In this document: in pieces, positions 15,326 through 28,663 of the stretch
Position numbering within the stretch: the stretch's first letter is position 1
Layout: every line of letters starts with the position of its first letter
Source of the DNA: the human T2T-CHM13v2.0 reference genome, Homo sapiens
DNA: 64,000 bases
Direction: 5' to 3' (one strand)
NCBI RefSeq assembly: GCF_009914755.1
Contig: NC_060929.1
Made by a program: the position numbers and the translations under genes
The notes under the pieces: model-generated
Seen by the model: only the letters and a program-made list of their open reading frames with translations
Database searches by the model: none
What the model was told of the DNA's origin: nothing

Positions 15326-16040
15326 TGTGATGGTGAAATTTATGTGTCAAGTTGACTGGATTGAAAGATGCCCAGAAAACTGGTAAACTTTATTTCTGGG
15401 TTGTGAACGTGTCTCTGGAAGAGATGGGCACTGGAATCAGTGGACTGAGTAAGGAAGATCCACTCTCACCTGTCATTCATAAGAGCAGGCATCATCCAGT
15501 CCCTGGAGGAATCCAGTAGATCAAAAAGGTGGAGAAAAGGCAAATTTACTCTCTCTTCTTCACCTGGGACACCCATCTTTTTCCCTCAGATATTGGCACT
15601 TCTGGGTTCTGGGCCTTCGGGTTTGGATTTGAACTACACCACTCACTTTCCTGAGCCCCCAGCTTGCAGGTTGCATACTATTGGGCTTCTCAGCCTCCAT
15701 AATCATGTGAGCCTATTCTTCAAAGTAACTCTCTTCCTTTCTATCTGTCTATCTATCTACTTACCTACCTATCAATCTATGTATCTATCTATCTACTTAC
15801 TGACCTACATATCAATCTAATGATCTATCAATCTATTAATCTATCTTTATCTATCAATCTATCATCTATCTACTTCCTACCCATCAATCTATTAATCTAT
15901 GTATCTACTTATCTACCTACTTATCAATCTATTGATCTATCAATCTATTAATCTATCTCTGTCTGTCTATTGATCGATCTATCTACCTACCTATCTACAT
16001 CCTATTGGTTCTGTTTCTCTGGAGAACTCTGACTGAGACA
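15326..16040 (+). mobile_element. MLT2B-type ERV-L solo LTR
   Basis: tgtgatggtgaaatttatgtgtcaagttgactgg...cctattggttctgtttctctggagaactctgactgagaca; near-TSD tcagc/tcatc. Confidence 0.9.
15740..15998. repeat. Compound (TCTA/CCTA/TCAA)n microsatellite inside the MLT2 LTR
   Basis: Visible directly. Confidence 0.9.
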
Positions 16041-16802
16041 TCATCAATGTCTAGTTGATTTTGTCTAATAAACAGCTTCCCTTCAGTTTTGGCTCCACTC
16101 TGTCTTCAATTTCTGGCCCAAGTTTCCCTAGGCCCCAACATAAAAGAATATTATTGACCCAATTGACCCACTGTGATAATTTGTTTAATATATTCAACAA
16201 TTTGTTGAAATAATAAAAGTAATAACACTCACTGATCTACTGATTTGAACTGCTAACCTTACCAGACATGTGCCATGGCTTGTCTATCCTCCTAGATGTT
16301 GTGTAAAAGCATTTGAGAAAATAATGTATAAAAATCACACAGGAAATGTCATCAGCTATTTATTACTAAACTTTGTTCAGGTTAGATGTTTATCGTAGTT
16401 CACAATGCTGATTTGAACAAAAAGGCATCCAAGCCAATAGAATGAAATTTAATTTGTTAAAGTAAGATGCTTTATTCTTAAGTATTTATATTTAATATGC
16501 CCCATGGAATTTTGAACTTAAATTTGGTGATGGTAAAACATAAGTCACTTTAGATGTCAACATTTTCTGGAAGAAGAGTGCCAAGCATGATTGCCCATGT
16601 CACTTGGTGTTAGGTGACATTTTTGTTCCAGCAGGTGGTGCCATCAGAGCATGAAGGAAACTCCATTTTAAAAGGAACTTAGGCAGTGGGGACTCTTAGA
16701 GTCATCGGAGGCAAGAGAAAATGTCCCAGAGCTTCTGTGGGTCTGAAGGTTCATGTTTTAAATGTTCCTATTGTAGATTTTAAGAAAGTATGTAATTCAA
16801 AA

Positions 16803-17322
16803 TTTTTTAACTTGTATTTTAAGTTAGGCATACATGCGCTGATTTGTTATATAGGTAAACTTGTGTCAGAGGGGTTTGTTGTACAGATTATTTCATTATC
16901 CAGGTTTTAAGCCTAGTACCCATTAGTCATTTTTCCTGATTCTCTCTCTTCTCCCACCTTCCACCCTCCAAAATACCCCAGTGTGTGTTGTTCCCCTCTA
17001 TGTGTCCATGTGTTCTCATTATTTAGCTCCCACTTATACGTGAAAACATGCAGTTTTTGCTTTTCTGTTCCTGCATTAGTTCTCTAAGTATAATGGCCCC
17101 AGCTCCATCTATGTTCCTGCAAAGGATATGATCTCGTTCTTTTTTATGACTGCATAATACTCCATGGTATATGTACCACATTTTTTTAAATCCTGTCTAT
17201 CACTGATGGGCATGTAGGTTGATTCCATGTCTTTGCTATTGTGAATAGTGCTGCAATGAACAGACACATACATGTGTCATGATTCCTTTGGGCATATGCC
17301 CAATAATGAAATTGTTGGGTGG
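16803..17322 (-). mobile_element. L1PA13-like 3' end fragment
   Basis: ggtaaacttgtgtcagaggggtttgttgtacagattatttc...gtgctgcaatgaaca. Confidence 0.88.
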
Positions 17323-17543
17323 AGCACAGACTTAGGGTCCTGAGACCCTTAAAGAGTAGGAGTCAAGTCAAAGAACTTTATTTTATGGTTGGTTGTGATA
17401 GAACTTCTTAATGTTGTAAAGTGTGGAAAAACAAACATTTTAAACAATGTTTTCCTTGTATATAGCCCAAGACAGGCTAAAAGCTTTCCTCATTTTGCAT
17501 TCTGAACTGGAATGGAGGGACTGACTCTGGGAAGTCCTGTTAC

Positions 17544-17913
17544 TTTTAATGGATTGAATGTTTGTGTCCCCCTGAAAATTCATATGTTGAACCTCAAGAC
17601 AATGCCATTTGGAGGTAGAAAGCCTTTGGAAGGTGATTAAATTTAGATGAGGTGAGGGGGATGAGGCTTTTATAATATGAGTAATGCCCTTATAAGCAGA
17701 GGAAGGGACACCAGAGCTTCGTCTCTCCTCTATGTGAGGACACACCAAGAAGGTGGCCATCTGCAGGACAAGAAGTGGGCCCTCACCAGGATCAAATATG
17801 CTAGCACCTTGACCTTGGAATTCCCAGCCTCCCAGACCTTGAGAAACAAACGCCTGCTGATTAAGCTACCCATATATGATATTTTCTTACAGCATCTGCA
17901 GACAACTATGGCA
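17544..17913 (+). mobile_element. MLT1A-type solo LTR
   Basis: ggattgaatgtttgtgtcccc...tgtgaggacaca...gcaccttgaccttggaattcccagcctc...ggca. Confidence 0.85.
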
Positions 17914-18318
17914 CTGTTACATCAACTCAACACATTCTAAATTTAATTCACAAGTTTGCAGCCATCTTAGCTCCCAGATCAACCTTCTGTTCACCAGCAA
18001 TTTCCTACCCAAATGAACATATTCTCAGGTACCTACTCACCTCCTTTCTTGCCTTTCTTTTCTCTTCTTCTTCCTGTTCTGTAATTCATTGTTCCACGTT
18101 TGCCTTTTTTCCTCTCCCTTCCCTCCAGTATCTCTTCTTACTTTCTTTTTCTATATCAATTATATCATTATACACTTTGCCCTTCATTATATCCTGGAGG
18201 ATAAAAAAATTTTACTCCAATTTGGTTTGAGATTCTCAAAACACACCTTTGGTGGGTAAGAAATACATAGTCCCTATTGTCCATATTAGGGTCTGAACAT
18301 CAGGAAAATGTTGGCTGT

Positions 18319-21300
18319 TGATATGGTTTGGCTGTGTCGCTACCTAAATCTTACCTGGAATTGCAATAATCTCCATGTGTCAAGGGTGGGACTAGGTGAA
18401 GGTCACTGGATCATGGGGGCGGGTTCCCCTATGCTGTTCTCATGATAATGAGGGAGTCCCATGAGATCTTATAGTTTTATAAGCATCTGGTGTTTCCCCT
18501 GCTGGCATTCATTCTCTCTCCTGCAGTCCTGTGAAGAGGTGCCTTCACCATGATTGTAAGTTTCCTGAGGCCTCCCCAGCCATGAGAAACTGTGAGTCAA
18601 TTAAACCTCTTTTCTTTATAAATTACCCAGTCTCCGGTATTTCTTCATAGCAGCGTGAGAACGGACTAATACAGTAAATTTGTACCACAGACAGTGAGGT
18701 GCTGCTATAAAGACACCTCAAAACGTGGTAGTGACTTTGGAACTGGATAATAGGCAGAGGTTGGAACAACTTGGAGGGCTCAGAAGAAGACAGAAAGATG
18801 TGGAAAAGTTTGGAACTTCCTACAGACTTGTTGAATGGCTTTGACCAAATATCTGATAGTGACATCAACAATGAAGTTCAGGCTAAGGTGGTCTCAGATG
18901 GAGATAATAACTTTTTGGGAACTGGAGTAAGGTCACTGTTGCTATGCAAAGAGACTGGCAGCATTTTGCCCCTGTCCTAGAGATCTTTGGAATTTTGAAC
19001 TTGAGATGGATGACTTAGGGTACCTGGCAGAAAAATTTTCTAAGCGGCAAAGCATTCAAGAGGAAGCAGAACATACATTTTTGAAAAATCTGCAACAGCC
19101 TGACAATTCAATAGAAAGGAGAAACCCATTTTCTGGGGAGAAATTCAAGCCTGATACAAAAATTTGTGTAAGTAACAAAGAGTTAAATGTTAACCATCAA
19201 GGCATGTCTCCAGGACATGTCAGAGGTCTTCATGGAAGCCTCTCTGATATGGTTTGGCTGTGACCCCACCCAAATCTCATCATGAATTGTAGCTCCCATA
19301 ATTCCCATGTGTTGTGGGTGGGACCCAGTGGGAGATAATTAAATCATGGTGGTGGTTTCCCCCATACTGTTTTCATGGTAGTGAATAAGTCTCATGAGTT
19401 CTGACGGTTTTATAAGGGGAAACCCCTTTCACTTGGCTCTCACTCTGTCTTTGCCTTCCACCATCCATGTAAGTAAGACATGACTTGCTCCTCCTTGCTT
19501 TCTGCCACGTTTGTGAGGCCTCCCCAGCCAGATGGAACTGTGAGTCTATTAAACCTCTTTTTCTGTATAAATTATCCAGTCTCAGGTTTGTCGTTATCAG
19601 GAGTGTGAGAACAGACTAATACAGTAAGTTGGTACCAGCAGTGGGATGCTGCTCTAAAGATACATGAAAAAGCGAAAGCGACTTTGGAACTGGGTAACAG
19701 GCAGATATTAGAATAGTTTTGAGGGCTCAGAAGAAGGTAGGAAAATGTGGAGAAGTTTGGAACTTCCTAGAGACTTGTCAAATGGCTTTGCCAAAATGCT
19801 GATAATGATATGGACAATGAAATCCAGGCTGAGGTGGTCTCAGATGGATATGAAGAACTTGTTGGGAACTGGAGTAAGGTGACTCTTGCTATGTTTTAAC
19901 AAGAGATTGGCAGAATTTTGCCCCTGCCCTAGAGATCTGTGGAACTTTGAGCTTGAGAGAGATGATTTAGGGTATCTGGCAGAAGAAATGTCTCAGCTGC
20001 AAAGCATTCAAGAGTGCTGCTTGGGTGCTGCTAAAGGCATTCACTTTTCAAAGTGAAACAGAATAAGAGTTCACAAAATTTGCAACCTGATGTTGTGATA
20101 GAATAGGAAAACACATTTTCTGAGGAGAAATTGAAGCATGTTGCAGAAATTTGCATAAGTAACCAGGAGCCAAATATTAATTGCCAAGACAATGGGGAAA
20201 ATGCCTCTAGGGCATGTCAGAGAACTTTGCAACAGCCCCTCCCATCACAGGCCCAGAGGCTTAGGAGAAAACAATGGTTTCCTGGCCAGGCCTAGGGCCC
20301 CCTTGCTGTGTGCATCCTAGGGACTTGGTGCCCTGCATCCCAGCTGCTCTAGACATGCTAAAAGGAGCCATGGTACAGTTTGGGCCATAGCTTCAGAAGA
20401 TGCAAGCCACAAACCTTGACAGTTTCCACGTGGTTTTGAGCCTGTGGGTGCACAGAAGTCAGGAATTGTGGTTTGGGAACCTCCGCCTCAATTTCAGAAG
20501 GTGTATGAAACCACCTAGATATCCAGGCAGAAGTTTGCTGCAGGGGTGGGGAACTCATGGAGTACCTCTGCTAGAGAAGTGTGAAAGGAAAATGTGGGGT
20601 TGGAGACCCCACAGAGAATCCCTACTGGGGTAGTGGAGCTGTGAGAAGAGGGCCACCATCCTCCAGACCGCAGAATGGTAGATCCACCATCAGCTTGCAT
20701 TGTGCACCTGGAAAAACTGCAGGCACTCAACACCAGCCCATGAAAGAAGCTGGAAGAAAGGCTGTACCCTGCAAAGCCACAGAGATGGAGCTGTCCAAGA
20801 TCATGGGAGCCTATTTCTTGCATCAGCATGACCTGGACGTGAGACATGGATTCAAAAGAGATTATTTTGGAGCTTTAAGATTTTACTGCCCCACTGGATT
20901 TGGGACTTGCATGGGACTTCTGTCCCTTCATTTTGGCCAATTTCTCCCACTTGGATGGGTGTATTTACCCAATGCATATACCCCCATTGTTTCCAGGAAG
21001 TAACTAACTTACTTTTGATTTTACAGGCTCATAAACAGAAGGCTCTTGCCTTGTCTCAGATGAGACTTTGGACAATGGGCTTTTTGAGTTAATGCTGGAA
21101 TGAGTTAAGAATTTGGGGGACTGTTGGCAAGACATGACTTGTTTTAAAATGTGAGGTATATGAGATTTCGGAGGGGCTAGGGGTAAAATGATATGGTTTG
21201 ACTGTGTCCCCCCATCAAATCTCACCTTGAACTTTAGCTCCCATAATTCCCACATGTTGTGGGAGGGACCTGGTGGGAGATAACTAAATCATGGGAGTGG

Positions 21301-22774
21301 TTCTCTCATACTGTTCTCAAGGTAGTGAATAAGTCTCATGAGATCTGATGGTTTTATAAGGGGAAACCCCTTTCACTTGGCTCTCTGACTTTGCCTGCTA
21401 CTATCCACATAAGACATGATTTGCTCCTCCTTTCCTTCCCACCATGATTGTGAAGCCTCTCCAGCCACGTAGAACTACGAGCCCATTAAACCTCTTTTTC
21501 TGTATAAATTACCCAGTCTTAGGTAAGTCATTATCAGGAGCATGTGAACAGATTAATACACCCTCCCATCACAGGCAAAGAGGCATAGGAGGTAAAAATT
21601 GTTTCATGGGCTGGGCCCAGGGCCTTGCTGCTTTGTGCAGTCTCAGCACTTGGTGCCCTGCATCCAAGCTGTGGCTAAAAGGGGAAAATGTACAGCTCAG
21701 GTCATTGCTTCAAAAAGTACAAGCCCCAAGCCTTGGTGGCTTACACATGGTGTTGGGCCTGTGGGTACACAGAAGTAAAGATTTGAGGTTGGAACCTCCA
21801 CCTAGATTTCAGAGGATGTATGGAAATGCCTGGATGTTTGCTACAGGGGTGGGACCCTCATGGAGAACTTCTGCCAGGGCAGTGTGGAAGGGAGATGTGG
21901 GGTCAGAACCTCCACACAGGGCCCTCACTAGGGCACTGCCTAGTGGAGCTGTGAGAAGAGAGCCATCATGCTCCAGATCCCAGAATCATAGATCCACTGA
22001 CAGCTTGCACTGTGCACCTGGAAAAGCTGAAGACACTTCAATGCCAGCCTGCAAATGCAGCCTGGAGTGTAGGTGTAATCTGCAAAGCCATAAGGGTGGG
22101 GCTATTCAAGGTCTTGGGAGCCCACCTCTTGCATCAATGTGAGCTGGATGTGAGACACGAAGTCAAATGAGATTATTTTGGAACTTTAAGGATTAATGAC
22201 TGCCCTTTTGGATTTTGGACTTGCATGGGGCCTGTAGTCCCTTTGTTTTGACCAATTTCTCCCATTTTGAATGGGTAAATATACCCATTCAATGCCTGTA
22301 TCCTCATTGTATCTAGGACATAATTAATTTGCTTTTGATTTAACAGGCTCATAGGGGAAAAGGACTTGCCTTGTCTCAGATGAGACTTTGGGCTTGGACT
22401 TTTGAGTTAATGCTGGAATGAGTTACGCCTCTGGGGTACTGTTACGAAGGCATGATTGGTGTTGGAAAGGCATAATTGTGTTTTGAAATGTGAGGACATG
22501 AGATTTGGAAGGGCCCAGGGGTGGTTTACCTCATGCTGTTCTCATGATAATGAGTGAGTCTCACAAGATCTGAGGGATTTATAAATGTATGGCATTTCCC
22601 CTGCTCGCACTCATTCTCTCTCCTAACACCCTGTGAAGAGGTGCTTTCACCATGATTGTAAGTTTCCTGAGGCCCCCCAGCCTTGCAGAACTGTGAGTCA
22701 GTTAAATCTCTTTGCTTTATGAATTACCCAGTCTCAGGTATTTCTTCATAGTGGCATGAGAGTGGACTAATACA
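18319..22774 (+). mobile_element. THE1D provirus: 5' LTR 18319-18673, internal 18674-19244 and 21561-~22524, 5'-deleted 3' LTR ~22518-22774
   Basis: The two LTRs match each other (catctgg...tttcccctgct...cctgtgaagaggtgc). The internal sequence is continuous across the nested insert. Confidence 0.9.
19245..21560 (+). mobile_element. Complete THE1C provirus: LTR 19245-19623, internal 19624-21188, LTR 21189-21560
   Basis: Both LTRs carry ggggaaacccctttcacttggctctc. The internal region is ~1.56 kb and ends in a purine-rich PPT. TSD ctctc/ccctc. Confidence 0.92.
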
Positions 22775-23000
22775 GTCATAGAGTCAGATAGACCTTGGTT
22801 TGGGCCTGGCTCCACCACTTTCATGTGTGTGACCTGAGTCAAGCTTCTTCATTCCTATAGTCTCAGCTTCACCATCTGTGCAAAGAATGAAAATATCTCT
22901 TCTCTCTTAGCACAGCTTAGATAAATGAGGACATACATCTAATGCATCATGTCTGGCACATGCAAAGGTTAAATTAATGTAAAATGTCATTAGCAATTGA
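22775..23000 (+). mobile_element. MIR relic
   Basis: gagtcagatagacct...gctccaccact...tgtgtgacctgagtcaag...ctcagcttcaccatctgt. Confidence 0.75.
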
Positions 23001-23051
23001 TTAAAATATATTAAATTACAAAAACTAAAATAAATATATGCTCTTCACCTT

Positions 23052-23396
<345 letters not shown>

Positions 23397-23448
23397 TAGA
23401 AAAATATCTATTCTTTGGTCTTATTACCTTAAATTAAGAAACCTCTGC

Positions 23449-24070
23449 TTTTTTTTTTAACTTTAAATTCTGGGATATATGTGCAGAATGTGCAGGTTTG
23501 TTACATAGGTATACGTGTGCCATGGTGGTTTGCTCAACCCATCATCTAGGTTTTAAGTCCCGCAGGCATTAGGTATTTCTCCTAATGCTCTCCCTTCCCT
23601 TGTGGCCCACCCCCTGACAGGCCCCGGTGTGTGATCTTCCCCTCCCTGTGTCCATGTGTTCTCATTGTTCAACTCCCACTTATGAGTAATAACACGTGGT
23701 GTTTGATTTTCTGTTCCTGTGTTAGTTTGCTGAGAATGATGGTTTCTAGCTTCATCCGTGTCCCTGCAAAGGACATGAACTCATTCTTTTTTATGGCTGC
23801 ACAGTATTCCATGGTATATATGTGCCACATTTTCTTAATCCAGTCTATCACTGATGGTCATTTGGGTTGGTTCCAAGTCTTTGCTATTGTAAACAGTGCT
23901 GCAATAAACATACATGTGCATGTGTCTTTATGGTAGATTGATTTATAAGTCTTTGAGTATATACCCAGTAATGGGATTGCTGGGTCAAATGGTATTTCTG
24001 GTTCTAGATCCTTGAGGAATCACCACACTGTCTTCCACAATGGTTGAACTAATTTACACTCCCACCAACA
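23449..24070 (-). mobile_element. L1PA7/8-like 3' end
   Basis: Minus-strand ORF2 C-terminus (DWIKKMWHIYTMEYCAAIKKNE), 3'UTR and poly-T. Confidence 0.92.
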
Positions 24071-24358
24071 CTAGTTTTAAGGGAAAGTCCTATAGCAAAG
24101 TTTGCTTTTTGTATTTTTTGTTTGTTTTTCTTTGAGGTTTATTTATGACAGTTCAATTGTGCAGTCTCAGACTTCCAAAGGGCCTAGATACCTGAGGAGT
24201 TACGATGTTTGAAATTTGTACCAGTTCAGCATCAACGCTCAACCCTGTCTAAATAACAAATATGCAACAAGTTTTTCCTAAGTTTAGACATTCTACTCCT
24301 TTTGGTAAATATAAATAAGCATTCTTTGATGGGTGTATTTGAAAGGGCAATAAGAGAG

Positions 24359-24736
24359 TATATTAGTCTGTTCTCACACTGCTAATAAAGACAGACTCAA
24401 GACTGGGTAATTGATAAAGGAAAGAGGTTTAGTTTACTCACAGTTCAGCATGGCTGGGGAGGGTTCATAAAACTTACAATCATTGGGAAGAGGGAAGCAA
24501 ACACGCCCATCCTCACCTGGTGGCATGGAGAAGAAAAATGAGTGCCCAGCAAAGGGGGAAACCCCTTATAAAACCATCAGATCTTGTGAGAACTCACTCA
24601 CTATCACGACAACAGGATGAGGGAAACCACCCCCATGATTCAATTATCTCCACTTGCTGCCTCCCATGACTTGTGGGTTTATGGGAACTCCAATTCAAGA
24701 TGAGATTTGGGTTGGGGCCACAGCCAAATCATATCA
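24359..24736 (-). mobile_element. THE1D-type solo LTR
   Basis: tatattagtctgttctcac...cagccaaatcatatca; perfect TSD GAGAG at 24354-24358 and 24737-24741. Confidence 0.9.
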
Positions 24737-24817
24737 GAGAGCTAAGTATATGAGTGTTTTTGTGTCATTTAGGATATGGGAGACAGAAACCACTCAGTAA
24801 TTTGAACGAGGAGGGCA

Positions 24818-25085
24818 ATATATGCATATATATAGATATAGATATAGATATATACACACACACATTCATACACACACACACATACATATGTGTGTGTTTA
24901 GATAGATGATAGATATAAATTATATCTATATCTATAGATGTAGACATATTTATATATATTTATATCTATAGACAGATATAAATTATCTATCTATACACTT
25001 ATCTATAGAAATTATCTATGCAATTATCTATCACATTGATAATTTCTATCTATCTATCTATCTGTCATCTATCTATCTATAGAGA
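24818..25085. repeat. Compound TA/CA/TAGA/TCTA microsatellite
   Basis: Visible directly. Confidence 0.9.
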
Positions 25086-25105
25086 GATTATTAAGAGGAG
25101 ATGAA

Positions 25106-25415
25106 GCCAGGTTCAGTAACTAGCACCTATAATCCCTGCTGCCCTGCCCTGGAATGCTGAGGCAGAAGGATGGCTAGAGGCCAGGAGTTCAGCCTTAGCA
25201 ATATGAGCCTGTATCAAAAAAAAAAAACTTTATTAGGTTAGCTGCATAGTCGTGGTACACGCTTCTGTGCCTGTAGTCCCAGCTGCTCACTACTCGGGGA
25301 CGAGGCAGGAGGATCACTTGAGGAGTTTGAGGCTGCAGGTGAGCTATGATCACATCCCTGCACTCCGCCATGGGCAACAGAGTTAGACTCTGTCTCTAAA
25401 ACAAACAAACAAAAG
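25106..25415 (+). mobile_element. AluJ element (diverged)
   Basis: Dimeric structure; TSD agaggagatgaa (25094-25105) / agaggaggtgaa (25416-25427). Confidence 0.88.
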
Positions 25416-28400
25416 AGAGGAGGTGAAAAAAAACCGGAAAGGATACCTAGGCGTACCAAGAAGGGAGCAATCCTGGTCTGATGGGCACACCCCCACCAAG
25501 TTCCTCTGAGGCTGAGACTCTGTTGGAGAGGGGATGGTTTCAGCTCACTGGATGCCATGAAAGTAATGAAAGTGGCTGGATAGCCCCTAGTCGGAGCTGG
25601 CCCACAGTCCACTCCTGGCTGAGCCTGGTAGTGAGTACTCTGCAGGCCAGGAGGGGCCACAGCCTTGCTAGAGCGTGAGTATGGATGCAGATCTACAGAC
25701 CTGTACTTAGTGACTTGAAGAGGTGAGCTGAAGAGCGAGAAATACTCAGGGGGCCAGGCCACATCACAGAATAAGACTATAAGGGCATATTTGGAGAGGA
25801 GACCATGACAAATTGACAGCTGGTACAACTGATTTCCCAACATCATCTCTGCTATGTTTTAACTCACACATTCCATTTTGTGTTTTCTGTTTTCCAAAAC
25901 GCTTAAACCTGACAACTGGTGATGGACCTTAGCACTAAAAGACCAAGGATTAGTTCAACAAAAAGCCACATGCGACAACATGGCCAGTGTATTATCTTAG
26001 GAAGGAAGTTAGGATGCAGTGTGCAACTTCAATGAAAACTTGGTGATAACAATTCAGTTGCTCAACAACAGATGAGTGTTTAGTACATGTCAGGCTGTCG
26101 GGGAAAAATGAGCATCTTATTTCATATACAAACATTAAAGAACAGACTTTTTAAGAGCAATTAATATGTGTAAAATGAACACACACATAGGAATTTGGTT
26201 ATAATTACAATGAAAAAATTTTTAAATTGCACTGGTAGAGTCAGTATTGTAAGGTAAATGTCTCTTCTCCGTTTCTCTCTCTCTTAGAAAGTTTTTCATA
26301 GTATGAATAATGTTTTAAATTATTTTTATAAATTCAAGATTGTAACACTCTACTTTCTTAAAACTAGATGATCATAAAACCGATAGTGCCACATATACTT
26401 AATATCACCATCCCATCCTGTTATGATTATGTCTGAACTCAGGTCATTCTTCACTGATAATGCCAAGCCATTATCTCTGTATAGTTATTGTCCCCTCCCT
26501 AGGAAGGGCAGGAAGAGAGATGGCTTTAACTTCACATGACAGGATTAATGCCACAGTTGTTGAGATAAGCTCACAACATAAGCCAGCAATTCTTTATCCA
26601 AACAAGAGTCCAGGTTGCAATCCTCCGAAAACACCCTGGAGGGTATTAACAGTTGCTGTAATCTATGTAATGAATTGGACTTTTATACTCCTTCAAAGAA
26701 AGGCTGCTTCCTAATTGGCAGCCTAGGAGGTTTTTTTTTTTTTTTGGATCCTGTACTTTGGAATAAATAAATTGCCAAAGTAGGAGTGAGGGGAGATGGA
26801 GGGAAGAGGGCCAGCAGGAGTGAGGGGAGGTTGTAGCCTCATTAATGGTGGGCCTAAGGCAGCCACTCGGCCGGCCATTCAGTCATTCCATTTGTGCTAC
26901 CAGTCATTTGGGGAAAATGAGAAAAATCTGCATTTCAATAATTGCCCTTTTTTTAAGATATGATTAACTTTTAATGATAAATATAAAGCAAGTAAAATGT
27001 TATTTTGTTTAAAATGAAAAAAATTTGTTATATCATTCTCTTTCCCAGAATGATCCAAAAGAGCTATTTATTTATGCATTTATGTTGAAATAAAATGTCA
27101 GAAAACTCATATATATAAAGAGAGAAAATCCAGCACTTAATGATGCCTGAAAAATTCTGAATGATCATAGACCTGCCTATTAGTTTTAGTCACATGATAG
27201 AAGCTCAGGAAATGTGGAGTAATTGGCAGAATCTGCGGACTGAGACATGAACTGGAAATCAGATTCCACGGGTAATATTTTCTTTTTGCTAGGAGATTCC
27301 ATAACACTCCAATTCCTGAATTGCAAGGAAGCTCTGGGGATATTTCAATGTCCTAGAGAGAATTATTTACATTTCCAATACAGTGCAGGTTAAAGGTCCT
27401 CAAAGAAAAATGGCATGCAATATCCTGGGCCCCAGGGGCCCTCGTGAGATGATGGGCAGAGTGAGGGATTGAAATAACTCAAGGCAAATGCCACCCTGTC
27501 CATAATGAAGGGCTCTTTTGGAAGATGAGTTGTGGGAGAGAAAATCATAAATAGGTTTTCAGATGTCAGTCAGGAAATAAGCTATTACTTTGTCTAAAGT
27601 GAAGGAGTTAGGGATAGTAGACCAGAATGTCCAATGTCTGAAATTCCATGTGAGTTCTGGGCATCAGGACAACCAAGCTGGGGGGGGTGGGACAAACCAT
27701 CACTCCCAAAGGCAAATGGATCACAATGATTTTCCCTCCTTTTGAACTCAGAGTACAGCTAAGAGGGATAAATGGAAAATGCAGTTCAGTAGCCCCATCC
27801 CTGATGCTCCTGAAATGTTCAGACTTCTAGAGACAGTGGAAAGGTCCTGGGTCATGGGTGTGCCTGGTGGAGATTCGACTTCAAACAACATCTATGCCTG
27901 CCCTTGTGTGGAACTTGGCAACGTCTCATTTCCACTCTGTGAGAAACAGCAATGATCAGAACCTTTGCCAACTGCTGCTGTGAAGCGAAAATTAAGGGAA
28001 TAAAGTGGGGATTTTGAAAATAAAACAGTCTTGGAGAACTTAAACTTTGCATGTATAATAGGGCTTACTTGCTATCATAAAAGGATATTTTTGAAATTCG
28101 AAAAGCTTTAATCCACTAATTCTGTGATGCTAACAAGAGGGTCTGGGTGCCAGGAGGGTAAAAGTTTCACTCTCATTAATTATTTGGTTCTCATTTTTGA
28201 GTAGTATTTCTTTAAGAAATGCAAACACAAAAAACTCATATGTGAACTTTGCAGACATGAGTAGATCAGAATTGGAAGATAACACGGAACCCTGCTTCAG
28301 ACACAGGGATTTGAAACTTTGATGTGCTATTTGCAATCTTCCTTTCATCACAGTTTGCGCTAAAGTGGTCATCTGTCTGTTAAAGCTTACACAAACTAGT

Positions 28401-28663
28401 TTCACATGTAGTCAGGGTTACCTTATGTTCCATAAAAATAAAATTTGAATTCTTATCAAGAACTTCTAAAAGCTACAGCTTATCTATTTCTGTGGGAACA
28501 AGGAATCTTCTCAGGAACAAGAATTCTACAAAATTCTGAATTTTTAATTTCCAAAATTATAATTTCTATAAAACCTTTATCATGTTGTATTTTTAGTTCA
28601 TTTATCTTTATTTATTTATGTATATAAAGGACAACCTTTCCTTTTAAATTGATAATCTGTATT

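Noticed and set aside
21444-22142. 232-aa ORF, the longest in the track
   Set aside because: It starts in the THE1C 3' LTR and runs into THE1D internal sequence. It is a junction-spanning MaLR remnant with no support as a gene.
24760-25700. Possible very old MaLR/ERVL LTR underlying the microsatellite and AluJ (similar hint at 46200-46480)
   Set aside because: Only faint terminal motifs are visible; family and boundaries cannot be supported by eye.
25238-25846. 202-aa minus-strand ORF
   Set aside because: It runs into antisense Alu sequence and shows no recognisable homology.
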